64,000 bases of DNA, taken from NCBI GenBank assembly GCA_965645245.1, contig OZ287068.1:2232001-2296000 (forward strand), given 5' to 3'. Both the position numbers and the translations under genes were made by a program. Positions 60,779 through 64,000 of the stretch are shown piece after piece (position 1 is the first letter of the stretch; each line of letters opens with the position of its first letter). Below the pieces are notes generated by a model. That model did not search any database. It was not told the origin of the DNA and saw only the letters and a list, made by a program, of their open reading frames with translations. This DNA is from Massalongia carnosa (lineage: Eukaryota).

Positions 60779-63509
60779 ATGACCGTCAACGGCCATTTCG
60801 CGAATGTTGGAGAGAAGCCTACCAAAGAGCAATATGACCACGGAATCCAGGTCATCAACGAGGATCAGGAGTTCAAGTACTAGTACTTGCCTCCCCCGGC
60901 ATGGAGAAGCTGACTTGTCTTCTCTCTAGCCACAATCTTCCCAATTACCTTACTTTCGAAATGGTTGCTCCTGTGGGTTTTAATTACCACCTAATATCCG
61001 TTTTTGGATCCCAATCTACGGGTAAATCCACGCTTTTGAACCATCTTTTCGGGACTGAGTTCGGGGTCATGTCGGAGTCTGATCGAAGACAGACGACAAA
61101 AGGGATATGGATGTCAAAGAATAAACGAGATCACGTTGACGGGGATTCCAAGAAAATGGCAGACAATATCCTAGTGATGGATGTGGAGGGGACCGATGGC
61201 CGGGAAAGAGGCGAGGATCAGGATTTTGAAAGGAAGAGTGCACTCTTCGCGCTGGCTACAAGCGAGGTCTTAATAGTCAATATTTGGGAGCATCAAGTAG
61301 GACTATATCAAGGTGCAAATATGGGCTTGCTCAAAGTGGTGTTTGAGGTCAACCTGGAGCTTTTCTTGAAAAATACAAAGTATTCTCCCAAGAAGAGAAC
61401 TATTGCGCTTGTCTTCTAACATTTCCAGATTAAACCCTCGGTCACTCCTCTTCTTCGTCATCCGTGACCATTTAGGCACCACACCGCTCGCAAACCTTCG
61501 TAATACGCTTGTTCAAGATCTCACGCGAATATGGTCTGGGCTGTCAAAACCTGTTGGCATGGAGAAATCAAAAATCGAGGATTACTTTGATTTTGCGTTT
61601 GCTGCGTTACCACACAAGATACTTCAGCCTGAGCGATTCGTTTCAGAAGTCGCTAAACTGGGTACAAGATTTAGGGAAGGGCATAGGGATCCGAGACGAG
61701 ACCCATTGAAGGGTGACCAGGAGCTGGAAGGAGGCATCTTCTACCCAGAGTACCATAGAAGAATACCTGCAGATGGATTATCTATTTACGCTGAAGGGGT
61801 ATGGGATCAGATTGTTAATAACAAAGACCTTGATTTACCTACTCAACAAGAGCTGATGGCTCAGTTCCGTTGTGATGAGATTTCCCGTGAGGTCCTTGTT
61901 GGATTCGACGAGTTAGTTATTCCGTTTGAAAACAAGCAGGCCGAAGGAATTAGAGTGGGTGACCCAGAAGTTTTAGGCGGGCTAGGGGCTGCCATGCGCA
62001 CGGCGAGGATGAAAACGGTCAAGAATTTTGAAACCGAGGCAAGCAGATACCACAAGGGGGTTTATGGGCGAAAACGAGCGGAGCTTGAAAGCAAAATTGA
62101 TGGTCGCCTGAAAGTCCTATTCCAAGGGCAATTATCTGCAGCTCACAAGTCTGGCGTTCATGCCTTCAGCGAAGCAGTCAGCGCCGCTGTGAAAGCTGGG
62201 CAGAAGAAAGGTGCGAGCTATGATTTTGCCGAGATTGTCGATCGGGAAAAGAAGGCCGCTCTTTCGCGGTATGATAGAGAGGCGAAGGGGGTTCTTGTGG
62301 AGGGGGCACCGTGGAGTATCTACAAGCAAGAGTTCTCACTTTACCAAAAGGATCTCAACGAGGTCAGTGGAAGGCTGCGGCGGGAAGAAATGCGACGGCT
62401 GGCGACGCGCGTGGAGCGATGGGTGCGATCGCGGCTCGGTGAATCGGTAGGTTTGGAGTTTAACGCACTTGGTTCTGGTCGAGGGGGCTCGGGAGCACCC
62501 GAAACAGGTGAAAGGCCAAACACAGAGAGCGAAATTTGGGATCGAATATGGGTCGTCTTCACCAAGACGGTGCAGGAAGCTGAACGGCGCTTCACCGATC
62601 GCGCCAGGAGTTTCGACGCAAGTTCCGCCGAGGTAGACGTCGGACTGTGGAGGCTTCGACGAAAGTCTTGGGGTGTTCTCCGGGCCAAGATCGAGGAGGA
62701 GATGATGGAAGGCAATTTGTTATTGAAACTTCGAGAGAATTTTGAGGACAAGTTTCGGTACGATGAAGGTGGTGTTCCACGGATCTGGCGGCCCACGGAT
62801 GATATCGAAGGCATCTACACCAAAGCGCGCGAATCCACTCTAACGTTGATACCCTTACTATCTCGATTTCAATCATCACACACTTCATCTCCTCCGCCCC
62901 TAGATGATTGGGTTGGCAACGCGCCACCATCGGTGACGCCTGCCGACGAAGAAGACCTTACGCCCATTGGCGGCGTCGATGAAGAGGAAGGCAAGAGTTT
63001 GGAAGAAGAAATGACACTTCTCAGCGAAGCCAAGAAGCAGGACATTACGGTACGGTTTAAGAAAACGGCCGATGGCGTCTATGTAGAAGCAAAGCGGAGC
63101 GCCATTGGCGGCATGACTCAAGTACCGTTGTATTTCTACGGTCTTCTTTTGGTGCTAGGATGGAATGAGATCGTCGCAGGTAAACGCTCCTCGCCTCCGT
63201 TCAGCTATCGCACATTACTAATGCAACCCAGTCCTTCGCAACCCTGTGTACTTTATCTTTCTCATCTTGCTCGGTGCCGGCGCCTACGTTACATACACGC
63301 TCAATCTTTGGGGACCGATGCTGCAAATGACCAACGCAGCCACGCAGCAAGCGGTGGAGGAGGGCAAGAAGCGACTTCGTGAGTTTCTGGAGGCGTCCGA
63401 TACGGGACGGCAGGCGATTGCGATGTCCGGGCAGGACGAGATTCGCATGCAGAAGCTCAACGGGTATGGGAAGGCGGAGCGAAGGGAGGACGACGACGAC
63501 GATATATGA
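60779..63509 (+). CDS. SEY1: Sey1/RHD3 ER-fusion dynamin-like GTPase, 3 introns (alternative start 60698)
   Basis: [46 protein letters not shown] and C-terminal TM hairpin [13 protein letters not shown]. Confidence 0.96.
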
Positions 63510-64000
63510 GATCTGGGGGGTTGTATGTAGAGGGGCTGTAGGGAGGTTGGTTGGATAGTTTGGGAAATCAGCACGAGCGAGTTCTATAAGCCTGGAGTTG
63601 GGGCGATTGGAAGGTACCTACTCTGTATACGCATTAAGAAGAATGATTTCCGGAGTCTTGTGGCTTCGGGTATGTAAGTATTTAGTTTCACCAATCAAAA
63701 ATAGTCACATCGCAGCGCCCAACGAGGACGGGGCCGACATACCTCGGCACATTGCAAAGAAACCAATGTAAAGATCATGCATTTGATCATGCGTTCCATC
63801 CATTCTCAAGGTACGCATCAGAATATGTTCACTCGCAGTGTGGTAGGAGCAAGGGTTTCATTAGCTTCAGCAATTTCCCCGTCTCCGACATCATGACACA
63901 GCCTTTCCTTAACATCTCTTCCCGCCTCAGAGCATCCCAAGCATATAAGGTAGTCAGCATACGGCTTCATGATGCCCTCTCATCAGATCAGACTTTCAAG

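Overview
Eukaryotic, fungal DNA (filamentous ascomycete, inferred from the GT-AG introns with CTAAC branch sites and from SEY1/RCF2/eIF2D orthologues). Positions ~3-42.5 kb are a dense nest of transposons. They include a deleted Helitron split by a long-TIR pogo element, two further pogo/Tigger elements (one carrying a solo LTR), and a ~25.7 kb TIR-bounded element with a CMC-like transposase and an SNF2-like helicase relic. That large element in turn hosts a Mutator element (containing a tyrosine-recombinase retrotransposon), two Tc1-like elements and a full-length Tad1-like LINE. Host genes are a Cys-rich DUF3494 ice-binding protein, a bestrophin/UPF0187 protein, a laccase, a DUF3328/UstYa oxidase divergently paired with a Kex2-type repeat precursor (candidate new fungal RiPP locus), RCF2, eIF2D/TMA64 and SEY1. 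All family calls come from motif recognition by eye; no searches were run.
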